NCBI GenBank assembly: GCA_013416795.1
Contig: RQSC01001135.1
Coordinates: 41,070-105,069 of the forward strand
Length of the DNA stretch: 64,000 bases
Reading direction: 5' to 3'
Origin: Prasinococcaceae sp. CCMP 1430
Lineage: Eukaryota; Plantae; Prasinodermophyta
Below are positions 40,810 through 52,410 of this stretch, in pieces; the stretch's first letter is position 1; every line of letters begins with the position of its first letter. The position numbers and the translations under genes were made by a program. The notes beneath the pieces are model-generated. The model saw nothing but the letters and a program-made list of their open reading frames with translations. It did not search any database and was not told where the DNA came from.

Positions 40810-41713
40810 GCGCCTGCCCCGCCCCGCGGTGCCCTCCGCCCCGCCTCGTCCCAACCACCCCTCTCCGCAGGTCTGCCGCTGCCCCCGGCGCCGCGCGTGC
40901 GCGCCGTGTGGTGGCGCCGGGGCGGAGACCCACCCCAGCTCCCCCACCCCGCGCGCGCCCGTGCCTCAATTGCGCCCTGCGCGGCTGTTAGCGCCCCCGC
41001 GCGAGAGAGAGCGCGCGCGGACGCGCGCCATCGGGCGGGCGGCGACCCGCGGACGGGTGTTGTGCATTCGCATTCGCAACATCCCAAGGGGCGATGGCGC
41101 GCCTCGAAATTCGAGGCGAGTGCTGCGACCAGCCACAACACAACACCCTCTCCTCGGCGGGGCGGGCGTGAAGAAAGAAGGCATCGACCGCCGAAAAGGT
41201 GCCTGTCACCAACAGCCGACCGACCGAGGGGTCGAATGCACGTGACAAACGCCTCAGTCTCAGTGCCAGCAACAATGTTGGAAGCGTGCCACGGAATCGA
41301 ATTCGTGGTGCGCGCGGACGGCCGCCGGTGCCGGGAACGCATTCGGCAGAGCGCGCACCTGGCCAGTTTCGCTCCCGTGCCGTTGCGTGTGCGTTGGCGA
41401 GCGCGCGCGCCTGCGCCTCGGTGTTCGGCCGCTGGCGTGCGCGCGCGCCCGCACGCAGACCCACACCGACACACGCACGCACACGCACGCAACGGGCCCC
41501 ACCCGGGGGCCACATGCCACGAGGGCGCAAGGCGGACGGCAGGCGCGGGGTCCGCCGCGCCCGCCGCTGTGTGCGAGGCGCGGCGCGGCATTGCCACTGC
41601 CCTCGCTTGCGGCCCTTGCGCCGCAGCGCGGCGGGGCCCGCCCGGCTTTTGGAATGGGACGCTGCTGCGGGACCCGTCTGGCGGCGCGTGGGGAGCGGAG
41701 GCGGACGGGAGGA

Positions 41714-42634
41714 ATGCGAGAAAGGGGGCGCGTGGCAGGCGCGGCAGGGCTGACCCTGGCAGCGCTCGTGGCCGTCGCGGGCCTAGCACATGCGCCGCGC
41801 TGTTCGGCTGCGGCGCTGGGAGCGGCCCGGAGTGCGTCGGCTGGGGCGAGGGGCTTCTTCAAGCGCGGTTCCGTGGATGCGCGGAGCGTCGCGCAAAATT
41901 CTGTGCGAGCGCATGCCCACCAGCGCGAGGATGAGCTAGGCCGGCAATCGGAGCCAGCTGGCGGCCACGGAGACGACCAAGGGTGGGACCTGACCCATTC
42001 GCACGGCGTGCTCGTCCTCTCCGACGGCGAGGCGTCATGCAGCGAGGGGCCGCGCGGCGAGGCCTTCGCCGGGCTCGTCCGGTGTAAGCTGCGCGCCACC
42101 GTGGTCGGCGCGGCCGCGGTTCGTGTGGGCGGTGCCCATCGTCCCGCTGAAGCGCGGACCGCAGTGAGCGCTCCCGTCGGGAGCACGGTTGCCGAGCGCA
42201 ACGCATACGAGGTGCAGCGAGTGAATGCCACGGAGGCGGTGCACGCGGCGCGCGCCGGTGCACCCGGGGGGGCTCTGGCACAGGCGCGCGTGTCGCTCGC
42301 GTACGCACGCGCCGCCAACTCCTCGCGGTGGGAGGAGACCATGCTGTGGGTCGAGGACGTAGGAGTCGACGAGGAGAACGGCGCCGGCGATGACTCTGGC
42401 ATGGCATCAGTCGTGCTCGACGCGCGGGTGAATGGACTGGCGGCGGCCCCCGCGCCGGTCTTCGCGCGTGGATATCTCGTGCTGGGCGTCGACAAGCAAA
42501 TGCTCCCTGGCGACACGCTTGCCTGGTGCGCCGCCCCGCCTGCTGGTGCGGGTTCGGCTGCGACTGCGTGCTGTCAGCGGCTGCGCGACCGCGCGGCCAA
42601 GACATGCCAGAGGCCGCGGGCCGTCGCACGCTGA
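41714..42634 (+). CDS. Hypothetical secreted or signal-anchored protein
   Basis: Single ORF with N-terminal hydrophobic stretch (AGAAGLTLAALVAVAGLA). No recognised family. Confidence 0.5.
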   Translation: MRERGRVAGAAGLTLAALVAVAGLAHAPRCSAAALGAARSASAGARGFFKRGSVDARSVAQNSVRAHAHQREDELGRQSEPAGGHGDDQGWDLTHSHGVLVLSDGEASCSEGPRGEAFAGLVRCKLRATVVGAAAVRVGGAHRPAEARTAVSAPVGSTVAERNAYEVQRVNATEAVHAARAGAPGGALAQARVSLAYARAANSSRWEETMLWVEDVGVDEENGAGDDSGMASVVLDARVNGLAAAPAPVFARGYLVLGVDKQMLPGDTLAWCAAPPAGAGSAATACCQRLRDRAAKTCQRPRAVAR

Positions 42635-42805
42635 TGCAAGCGTATCCTTAGATTATACGTAGTGGGGTCATTGTCATGACGGCTCCTCTCGTGCCCCCGT
42701 TCTCTTCGCTCGTATGTGGCGCTGTGCGCGAGACGTCATGACGCGCGCAAAGCCTGTAATCGCGGACGCCTCAGCGCCTGAGCACCTTTATTGCGCCGTG
42801 TGCGT

Positions 42806-44578
42806 TCAGGACGCCGCGTCGGCGGTCACTCTCGACGAGCGCCGACTCGCCGCCCGCGGCCCCGCGCCGACGAAGGCGAAGGTCTTTGCGTGCGTCTTGC
42901 GCGCCTTGCGCGCCTCGCGGGCGGCTTCCTCGGTAGCGTTGCGCTCGCGGGCTGTGGCGGCGGCGGCCTTCGCGAGCGCGGTGAAGCGGTCGTCAGCGGA
43001 TGGGGGTGCGTCGCCGTTCGCTGCGGCGTCCCTGTTGGCGACATGCCTACGCACGTCGGGCGACGCCCTGGCCATGGCCAGGCCGTCGGCGAGCTTCTCA
43101 ATGTCCGCGCGAATCTCGCGCTTGAGCCTCCTCTTCTTCAGCCTCCCGCCGCTCACCGAATCTTCGGCATTGCTGCCGTCGCGACGGGCTTTGACGGCCG
43201 CATCGTCCAGCGCGCGCTCGCGCAGCTGCGTCGCGTGCTCCGCCAGCGACACTACGAGCGCCTGTGCACGCGACAGGAGCCCGCTGCTTTGATGGGCGCT
43301 TGCACCGCCCACCGCCGTGGCAGAGTGCGCCGCCGCCGTCGGAGCTTGCGCGGACGCATCGCTGACCCCACCGTGCGTGATGCTCTGCAGCGCGCGCGCC
43401 ACGATGCCGCGGAGAGCGGACAGCACAGGGGCGCTCGCGCCGCCGGAATCGCCGCGCGCAGCCGCGAGCGCCGGCTCCATGACGATCGAGACGGCAGACG
43501 TCGGACCAAGGGCGGATTGCGAGCGCCGTGCGTGCGCGCGCACGCGCCTTGCGGCCGCGACGAGCGCCCCACCCGCCACGCCCGCGGCAACACCCACTGC
43601 AGCCGCGCGCGCGATCACTTTGATTGTCTCGAGGCACGCACCGCCACCGACCGCCAGCCGCGAAGAGGCGCGAACGTCCGCTTCCCCACGAAGCCGCGGT
43701 GCGCTCGGTGGGGCGGCAGGGGTCGGCGCGAGGTCGGGGGCTGGTGTGATCGCGCCAGAGTTGCTCTCCGCAGAATCAGGCACAGTCAAACCGGTGACGC
43801 TGCACCTGTTGGGATCGCCACTCGCTGCGAAGGCCATGCGCCGCGCGCCCTCGCTCGGCGAGAGGGGTGTCCTCGGCGAGCGGACGCCATCGTCCTCGCT
43901 CTCCGCAGTGAGGGCGTGAACGCACGCCTGCGCCAAGGGGTACTGATGGGACGCCGCTGTGCATGTCGTCGCGCCAGATCGGGCAGCGTCGATGCTGCCG
44001 CCAGTGCTAGCGCTCGCCGCCGCCGCCTCGTTCCGACCGCCTGCGTGGCTGTAGACGCGCTCTTGGGGCGCGCGAGACGATGGTGCTGCACTGCGACGCG
44101 GCTGCGAGCCCTCCCCTCCGACGTCGTCGTCGGATGGGTCGACGACGCCTTCCTCTTCGGTGTGGAATGACTGCGCGCACGATGCGATCCGCGGAGCGCA
44201 CGAGCTGCTCTTGTTGGCCATCGACGGGCTTGGCTCGATGTTCACGGCACCGGCGTCGCGCAGGACGCCGCCCGTCGCCGTGGCTCCATTGCTGTTGGGA
44301 GGTCGGGGCGGCTGGCGAGAGCGCTGCGCGCTCTGCACGACGGCGTCGCGGGCACCGACGGCCCCAGCGCTGCGCGGCGCGAAGACTGGCGCCGCGGCGA
44401 ATGAGCTCGTGGGCGTAGCAGACGGCGGCGTGATCAGCGCCGGCGGCGCGCGCGCGCCCACCTGGCGGGCCACATCCTCCGACAGGGAGCGTCCGCCCGG
44501 GCTGGCGCTGCCTGCATCGACCACGATGTCAAAGACGCGACCGCCCACGGCGGTCGCGTCGACAATCGCGGCCGCCAT
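42806..44578 (-). CDS. Hypothetical Ala/Ser-rich protein with a central hydrophobic segment and a C-terminal coiled coil
   Basis: Long ORF from MAAAIVD. Hydrophobic AAAVGVAAGVAGGALVAAA. Basic helical RLKKRRLKREIRADIEKLADGL. Confidence 0.5.
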   Translation of the reverse strand: MAAAIVDATAVGGRVFDIVVDAGSASPGGRSLSEDVARQVGARAPPALITPPSATPTSSFAAAPVFAPRSAGAVGARDAVVQSAQRSRQPPRPPNSNGATATGGVLRDAGAVNIEPSPSMANKSSSCAPRIASCAQSFHTEEEGVVDPSDDDVGGEGSQPRRSAAPSSRAPQERVYSHAGGRNEAAAASASTGGSIDAARSGATTCTAASHQYPLAQACVHALTAESEDDGVRSPRTPLSPSEGARRMAFAASGDPNRCSVTGLTVPDSAESNSGAITPAPDLAPTPAAPPSAPRLRGEADVRASSRLAVGGGACLETIKVIARAAAVGVAAGVAGGALVAAARRVRAHARRSQSALGPTSAVSIVMEPALAAARGDSGGASAPVLSALRGIVARALQSITHGGVSDASAQAPTAAAHSATAVGGASAHQSSGLLSRAQALVVSLAEHATQLRERALDDAAVKARRDGSNAEDSVSGGRLKKRRLKREIRADIEKLADGLAMARASPDVRRHVANRDAAANGDAPPSADDRFTALAKAAAATARERNATEEAAREARKARKTHAKTFAFVGAGPRAASRRSSRVTADAAS

Positions 44579-45726
44579 CCTCTCTCTGTCGATGCGTGCC
44601 TGGTCGGCGCAGACGATCGCCCCCTTTGATGCCGGTTGCGCGCGCAGCAGTGTGGTGCCTGGCGGGCGAGCGGTGCGCCGCAGCGCCGCGCAGCGCCGCG
44701 CAGCGCCGCGCTTCCCGCAGCGCGCATGCAGCGGCGCGGCGCGCATTCGCGTTTTTTCGAATGCGGTCTCGAATCATTGCAGCCAGCCCATCTTAATCCC
44801 CGCGGCGCGCCGGCCATCACTGGAGCGTTTGTGTGATGAGGACGGAGGTTTAGACTTGGGAGGGCTGTTGCGTACCAAATTGGGGGGCGGCAAATCGCTA
44901 TTGTCAAATACCGCGACGAGCCGCTCCACATTGCCGCAACGGTCGCACAGGCACCTTCGACGCGACTGCCCGCGTTGCTCCCGAGGGGCGAGGCGCCACG
45001 TCTGCGAGGCAGCGACCGCTGAGGCGGACCCAAAAATCCTGCGTTCCGGTCGGTCGATCCATTTGCGTGTTGACGCAAATGCATGGGCAGGCAGCAAGTT
45101 TCGTGCTTGTTTCCCCCCCCTCGGATTGGTCACACAACGGGCTGACGTGGACGTTTCCACGGCGACGAGCCTTCCGAGACCGGTCGCCGCACCTGCGACG
45201 TGTTCCGTCTCGATCGCTCGACCGGTCGCTCCCCGGTGCACCTACAGGCGTCAGATCCGCCAGGCGCGGCCAGACGCTGGCGTGCGTGTCGATATTTGAT
45301 GGTGCGAGGCGCCGCCGCGGGGCTTCGCCAACCTGTCGCGTCGCGTCTGTGCGGCGCGTGGCGGGGCGTACTCATGAATCGCGCACTCATAGAGCGACGC
45401 GCTGTGAGGCGCCCAAATAGCGCACGGGGCGCGCTCCCGTAACTGTCAGTCAGGGCGTGTGCCAGGCACACGCCGCGCGTGCCGGCGCCGTGCCGGGCGC
45501 GCGCGCACAATTTTTCGGCTGCCGGAGAATTTGCGATCCTTTTTATCTTGTTTCAGATAGGATTTGCGCATCGCTGGAATTTTTGGTGGTGCAGGTTTGG
45601 CATGGCGCCGCCGGCGGCTGGCTGCGGTGGCGGCCGGTGCGGAGCGGCGTCGCCCAGCCGAGTCACTCCACGCGCACACATCGCAGCTCCCGCCCCGCAA
45701 GACCCCTTCCTCCTTCGATCGTCACG

Positions 45727-46870
45727 ATGTCCCGCCTGGCTACCGCAGCCTGCGCCGCGGCCGCGTGCTTCGCGCTCGCGCCCACCCCCTCGGTGGTCGC
45801 CGAGAAGCCCACGCTGGTCGGTGCGCTCACTGGCAGCACCGAGCCCACCTTCGGCACGCTGGCCGCCGCGCTCGGGGCGGCGGGCCTCGTCGACACCTTC
45901 GACGATCCCACGGCCGGTCCCTTCACCGTCTTCGCGCCCACCGACGAGGCGTTCGCCACGACGCTCGGCGCGCTGGACATCGCGCCTGAGGCGCTCCTCG
46001 CCGACGTCCCGGTGAGTGCCGACCGCGCGGTGTCGCGATAGCATGCCACATTTCTTAACACGGGCGGGTGCGGCCTGCGATGATCGGCTTGATCGTGATG
46101 GCGTCGCTGACCCTCGCTGCCTTGTCGCCGACGACCGATGCCCATCAACAGACCCTCACCTCGATCCTGACCAACCATGTGGTCGAGGGCGCCTTCAAGG
46201 CCGAGGACTTGGTGCCGCTGGCCCCCACCACCGTGACGACCCTCGCGGGCTTCCCGCTCGTGTTCGACGTGATGGAGGGCGGCGGCGCCACGATCGGTGG
46301 CATCGAGATCCTCGCGACTGACGTGGAGGCCTCCAACGGTGCGTGTTGTCGCGCACCGCGCGCGAGGGCATGGAGACATGCGTGCCACACGTGGCTGACA
46401 GCGCTATATCACCGCACCAATCCTCCGTGTGGGCACCTGTGCTCCACGCTTGTTCCCTCCTCCTTTCCTTTCCTTTGCTCCTCGCGGCGTTTGTCATCTC
46501 CCGGCGCTCAGGCATCGCGCACGTGATTGGCGGCATCCTCATCCCCCCGTCACCCGTCGCCGTCGCCGACAGCCCGCTCCCCGCCTCCGAGGAGGGCGAG
46601 GGCGAGGAGGGCGAAGGCGAGGAGGGCGCTGTCCCCGAGGAGGAGGGCTCGTCCGAGGGCGAGGAGGGCGCTGTCCCCGAGGAGGAGGGCTCCTCCGAGG
46701 GCGAGGAGGGCGCCGTCCCCGAGGAGGAGGGCTCCTCCGAGGGCGAGGAGGGCGCTGTCCCCGAGGAGGAGGGCGCCACGCCTGTGGAGGAGGGCGCCTC
46801 CGAGGGCGAGGAGGGCGCCGTCCCCGAGGAGGAGGGCGCCACGCCTGCGGAGGAGGGCGCTACGGAGTAG
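45727..46870 (+). CDS. Secreted fasciclin-1 (FAS1) domain protein, copy A, with acidic repeat tail; exons 45727-46011, 46152-46338 and 46512-46870
   Basis: Signal peptide, H1 motif FTVFAPTDEAF, ILTNHVV, H2 motif DVEASNG-IAHVIGGIL. In-frame GT-AG splicing. Confidence 0.92.
46589..46867 (+). repeat. 42-bp coding minisatellite encoding EEGAVPEEEGSSEG and variants
   Basis: Three near-perfect units plus two variant units (ATPV/ATPA) read directly from the sequence. Confidence 0.9.
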
Positions 46871-47919
46871 AGCGCACCGTGGCTCTGATCGTCACCGACG
46901 CTGTCGCGACGGGAGGCACATGCACAGACCGTACAAGCATGCATGTCAGTGCGCGTCACAGCTAGCTAGCACGCAGCATCCCTTTAAAAGGTTGCGCGTC
47001 ACAGCTAGCACGCAGCACCCCTTGATGACATTCAATTCGGCATCGGTAAGTAAGGGATGACTTCTCGCTGATCCGATGCTTGACTGGTGGACGAGGAACG
47101 CGATCATGCGCCACCCCGCAGCAGGGAGCTACAGTTGATGGCACGCAGCCAACTTTTTCCGCGTTTGTGTGAGGCTGGTCGTGCTGTGGTCGACGTGGAC
47201 GCGCGAGGTGCTTACCAGCACTTTCCCCCGACCTCCCCATTTCCTCAACTCGATTGCTTGCGATCGGGCTCTCCGATCCGTTCCCGCCGTACCTAGCGCA
47301 AGAGGGTATGAAAATGGGACCAAGCGGATCGACGGGTTCGATCGACAGGCCAGCCCTCATCACACGGTTTGTCGCGTCGGCCAATCGATGTGCGCTGGCA
47401 CGCGTGACCACCCAATCACTGGAAAGCGCCAGAAATAGGAGCCGTCGATACCGGCGCGCCTAGTACTCGCCAACCATGCCCGACGCACGCCCTTGCTCAC
47501 TCATTGAGTGGCGCGCACTTTCCGGCGGCGGCGCGCGCAACGTGGGGTCCGCGGCGCGCGCGCGATCCCGGTGGCGCACCGCGGGCACAGCGATGCCGCA
47601 TAAAACAGCACCCTGTGGGCTCGCGATGCCCGTGCTGAGGAAGCGCCCGCAATTTACGAGACAGGTGGAAGGTCGACACGCGCGCTCGTGCCTCGGAATC
47701 GACAGCAGGGTATCGTGGCGGCGCGAGGGCCCCTGGGGTCGCGCGCGCTTCATCCATCCGCGGACCTCTGAAATGTTTGGCAGGCTGGAATTTGTTGGTG
47801 CAGGGCGCGCGCGCCGGTGGCAAGCTTCGGCGTCGGCCAGGGCAGAGCGGCCCCGTCTCCGCGCGCCACTCGACGCGCACACATTGCAGCTCCCGCCCCT
47901 CAAACCTTCCATCGTCACA

Positions 47920-48872
47920 ATGTCCCGCCTCGCCGCCGCAGCCTGCTGCGCCGCCGCGTGCTTCGCGCTCGCGCCCACCCCCTCCGTGGTCGCGCAGGCT
48001 CCCACGCTCGTCGGCGCGCTCACTGGCAGCACCGATCCGACCTTTTCCACGCTGGCCGCCGCGCTCGGGGCGGCGGGCCTCGTCGACACCTTCGACGATC
48101 CCACGGCCGGTCCCTTCACCGTCTTCGCGCCCACCGACGAGGCGTTCGCCACGACGCTCGGCGCGCTGGACATCGCGCCTGAGGCGCTCCTCGCCGACGT
48201 CCCGGTGAGTGCCGACCGCGCGGTGTCGCGATAGCAATCATGGCATGCCACATTTCTTAACACGAGTGTGCTGCGCAGGCGACGACCATGCTGGCGATGC
48301 TGACCCTTGCTGCCGATGCCTCATCGCCCACGGGCAACGATGCCCATCAACAGACCCTCACCACGATCCTGACCAACCATGTGGTCGAGGGCGCCTTCAA
48401 GGCCGAGGACTTGGTGCCGCTGGCCCCCACCACCGTGACGACCCTCGCGGGCTTCCCGCTCGTGTTCGACGTGATGGAGGGCGGCGGCGCCACGATCGGT
48501 GGCATCGAGATCCTCGCGACGGACGTGCTCGCCTCCAACGGTGCGTCCCTCGTGCGACGTGCGCGCTGGCGCGTGGCGTCGCGTGACCGAAGCTGGAGCT
48601 GTCTCAATCGGTATGAGACGTGCGTGTCACATGTGGCTGACGGCGCCACGCCACTGCGCACATTCTCTGCCCGGCTCCCTGCCGCCGCGCGCGCGCGCCT
48701 TTGTTGGCGCGTGGGCACCCCTCCGCGCTCGCGCCCTCAACCTTTCCTTCGCTGCTCGCTCCGCGCGGCGTGTGCGTTCACTGGGCGCACAGGCGTCGCG
48801 CACATCATCGCAGGCATCCTTCTCCCGCCCTCGCCGCCTGTCGCCGACGGCCCGCTCCCCGCCGCCGAATGA
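47920..48872 (+). CDS. Secreted FAS1 protein, copy B; exons 47920-48204, 48354-48540 and 48793-48872; acidic tail present but out of frame
   Basis: Same exon structure as copy A. TGA at 48870-48872 precedes an EGEGDEGAVPEEEGSSEG tail in a shifted frame ending at TAG 48955-48957. Confidence 0.88.
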
Positions 48873-49361
48873 GGGCGAAGGCGATGAGGGCGCTGTCCCC
48901 GAAGAGGAGGGCTCCTCCGAGGGCGAGGAGGGCGCCGCCACGGGCGGTGACAAGTAGGGCGCACCGTGGCGCTGATCGCCAGTGATGCCGTCGCGAGACA
49001 CATGCGCGCACCATACAAGCATCGCATGTCACAGCGCAGACGCAAAAAGCTATTTTAACACCATTACAGTATTGTCCGGGACGTGAGCTCTGCTGCTGCG
49101 CAGCTGTGCCAGCGGCGTGGCGCGGCACGGCGCACTCCGCAGCGCCACGGCCACGGCCGCGCGGGGCGCGGCCCCGAAACAGAGCTGCGCGAACCCAGAG
49201 AAAAGCTCATCGCCGGAGCGAACTGGCGCGGCCGAATCCACAGACAGACAGGGCTCCCGCCGCGCATCCGAACGGGCCGCACGCTCGCGGCGGCGGCGCG
49301 CGCGGCGGCGACCAACCACGCTGCGACCTCGCCCCCGCTCCCCCCTCCCCCGCCCCCACGG

Positions 49362-50023
49362 ATGAGCGCGCGCGGCGGCGGCGCGCGCGTGCGCCTGCGG
49401 CCGCTGCGAGCGTCCGACGCAACCGTGTACGCGGCGTGGATGGCCGACGACGAGCTGCGCGAGCTGACGGGCACCGAGGAGCCGCTCACCGAGGACGACG
49501 TGATCGGCGCGGCGCGCATGGCGGAGGCGGACGAGGGCGTCGCCGCGTTCGTCGTGCTGACCGCCGACGGCGACGGCGCTGAGGGCAGCGCCGAGTGGAC
49601 GATGGTGGGCGACGTCAACATCAGGATGAACGATCCGGACGATCCGCGGCGAGCCGAGGTCGACGTCATGGTCGCCGAGCGCTCGGCGCGACGCAAGGGC
49701 GTCGCCGCCGCCGCTGTGCGCGCGGCGCTCGCGCACGGCACGCAGCGCATGGGCGCGGGAAGCTTCGTCGCCAAGGTGCGAGGGTGGCCTGGTTGGACTG
49801 GCGGCGCGCGGGCGCGCGGCTCCGCGGCGTGCTGACGCTCCGCCGGCGCGCGCGCCGCCAGATAAAGGACGGCAACGAGCCCTCGCGGCGCCTGTTCGAG
49901 CGCCTCGGCTTCCGGCTGCTCAAGCACGTCGCCGTCTTCTCCGAGGCGCACTGGGTGCTGGACGGCGGCCCCGAGCTCGACCACGCGCGTCGCGCCGAGC
50001 TCGACGAGGTATCTGTTGTATGA
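49362..50023 (+). CDS. GNAT N-acetyltransferase, NAT9-like; exons 49362-49775 and 49862-50023
   Basis: VRLRP, WMADDELRELTGTEEPLT, MVGDVN, AEVDVMVAERSARRKG, FVAK-IKDGNEPSRRLFERLGF. Confidence 0.85.
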
Positions 50024-50098
50024 CACTTGTATTGTACGTTACATGCACTCGGCGGCCGTCGTTGGGATGCCTTCTCGCTCTCGCGAGGAAGGTTGTGG

Positions 50099-51500
50099 CT
50101 AGCCAGCTCCGTCCAGGGCGCCCCCGTCGCTGCCGGCGGAGTCGGCGCGCGCGCCGCGTCTGCCGCTGCCGCTCGCGGCGACGCTCGCGACGGCGGCCTC
50201 CACCTGTGCGGTGGCCTCGGCGGTCGCTCGCCGCGCCTCGTGCGCGAAGTGCACGGCGGCGAGGTCCTCCTGCTTGGCGGCCAGCCGCTCGGTCATGTAC
50301 GTCCCCTCGCCGTCGCCCGTCGTCCCCGTCAGCACGACGGAGGCGATGCGGTCGTGCTCGTTGTACATGCCGTCCACCGCGCGCGCGGTGACGCTGCAGA
50401 GCGCGCCCAGCGGCAGCGTGCGGAAGGGCTCCTCGAGCTGTATGCCGATCTCCTCGATGCCGAGCAGGAGCGTCGCGATGAGGGCCGTGGCGGGCATCGT
50501 CACCCAGCCCGCCACGGGCGCCATCGCGAGCGGCAGGAGCGCCAGCCACACCATCAGCACGCGCGACGTGTGGCGCGTGTACGACAGCGGGATGGGCGTG
50601 CGGAAGATGCGCTCGCACTCGCCCAGCGCGTCCGAGAGCGTGTTCACGCGCATGCTCAGGTAGAAGTGCGCCTGGTCGTTGAGCTTGCCGCTGTTGCACG
50701 CGTCGCGCAGCACGATCGACAGCGCGTGCAGGCAGGCGCCCGGGCGGTTCGCCGACGACAGGATGACGTCCGCCTCCGCGTCGGCGGCGGCCGCGTCGGC
50801 GGCCGCGTCGGCGGCGTCGCCGCCTGGCGCGGCGGGGCGCGTATCGCGCGCAGCGCGCCTCGCACGCTGGCGTCCACCTGCTGGGGCGGCAGGCGCTGCA
50901 CGTGCGCGCGCAGGCAGTGCACGAAGGCCACCGTCAGGCGCAGCGCGCACGCGACGGTGGCGGGCGAGTGCTGGCGCATCGAGCACAGCGACTCGCGCGC
51001 CAGCGAGCGGACGCCGTTGGCCACCTCGCCCCACACCGCGCGCGCCTGCCACCAGCGCCCGAAGCTCGTGTTGGTGCGGAAGACCAGCAGCAGCGCCAGC
51101 GCGAAGCTCGTGAGCGAGAAGGGCGCCATCGGCAGCACGGGGGCGCGCGCGCCCGCCGCGCACACCACCGCGGCCACCCCCGCCATCACGGTCACCACCG
51201 GCCAGAGGTTTTGGAGCATGCGAGACGTGGTGGCCGTGAAGAGGTGGCGCAGGTAGCGCCGCGCGCTGCGGTGCCCCTCCCACGCGTCGTGCGAGAAGAC
51301 CACGCCCTGTCCGTGCACCCAGCGCGCCTGCGCGCTCCACAGCATGTCGGCGGCGGCGGCGGCATCCTCGGCGGCAGCGGTGCCGTCGGCGCCGACGTCG
51401 GCGGAGATGGCGGGCGCCGCCTGGTCGAACTCGGAAGGCGGGGGCACCCACGCCGACGCCGCGCCCAGGGGGAGCGGCTCGTCGTCGCCGGACCCGCCCC
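50099..51500 (-). CDS. Bestrophin-like anion channel (UPF0187; VCCN1/BST family); frameshift near 50830-50850; 5' end unresolved
   Basis: FSHDAWEGHRSARRYLRH, ALALLLVFRTNTSFGRWWQARAVWG in one frame. ECERIFRTPIPLSYTRHTSR and GIEEIGIQLEEPF in another frame. Confidence 0.85.
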
Positions 51501-52056
51501 CCGCCAACCCCGGCGCGCGCGATCGCGTGCGATTTGATATGCAAAAAAGAGGGAAATAAACCCTTATTCGCAAATACCTAAATGCCGAAAGTGGGGTGCG
51601 CGCGCCGCACGCGCGCGCGCGCGGGGATCTTTGCCTGTGCACTTGCAAGGGCGCGCTGGGTCGAAACCGGTCTACCTGCGGCCATCGCCGGTCCGACGCG
51701 ATTCATGACTGGGGTATTTTTGGTCAAGGCCGGCAGGTCAGACCGGGAATGCGAATGTGACTTCGGGGCTTTGGTACGTGGGTCGACGCGGGGCAGAGCG
51801 ACGTCCAGCTGACGCACTTGCACTACACGCGTGTGGGCGCAGTCGACGGGCCGNGGGCGGAAGGGTGCGACGCGGGGGGGGGGCAAAGCTGCTGGCTGTG
51901 GCTGGCTGGAGCGCGGCGCGCGCGCGCGCGCATGGCCGCGCGACGCCACTCCCCAACCAAATCATCAGATGTCCTCTCTCCCGCCCCTCTCCCCCCCCCC
52001 CTCCCCGGGGCGACGGGCCACCCAATCCGACCCAAGCGCACGCACGGAAAATGACG

Positions 52057-52070
52057 AACCCTAACCCTAA
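52057..52070. promoter_or_regulatory. Telomere-like (telo-box-type) motif AACCCTAACCCTAA; related AAACCCTA/AACCCTAAA motifs at 1457-1464 (minus), 21904-21912 and 37048-37055
   Basis: Motifs are seen in AT-richer stretches near gene ends or starts. A regulatory role is inferred from plant telo-boxes. Confidence 0.35.
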
Positions 52071-52344
52071 TAACGTGCACGGGCGGCCGGGTCGTGCGCC
52101 GTGCCAGCCAGGTGTGCACAGGCATGTGCCGGGGGGCCGGGGGCCCGGCCAGCCAGCCCGGCTCAAGTCCGACCGGCCGGCCATTTTGCGGATCGGGATC
52201 GCCCGCCGCGAGATCCGCCCGCCCCGGCCGCGCGGCGAGGGGCGAGGGAGGCCCAGCCAGGCCAGGCCAGCCGGCCAGAGATAGAGAAAACGAGTCCCGC
52301 CGGGCGGGGGCGGGGGCGGGGGTGGGTGGGCGTGCGGAGATGGG

Positions 52345-52410
52345 GCTGGCTTGGCTTTGGCTTTGGCTTGGCTTGGCTTTGGATTGGCTTGGATTGGATT
52401 GGATTGGCTG
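52345..52410. repeat. Compound GGCTT/GGCTTT/GGATT microsatellite
   Basis: Read directly from the sequence. Confidence 0.8.

Noticed and set aside
47023-47080. Possible box C/D snoRNA (TGATGA ... CTGA with a GCATCGG/CCGATGC stem)
   Set aside because: The C-to-D distance is only about 49 nt, no rRNA guide is recognisable, and it could occur by chance.
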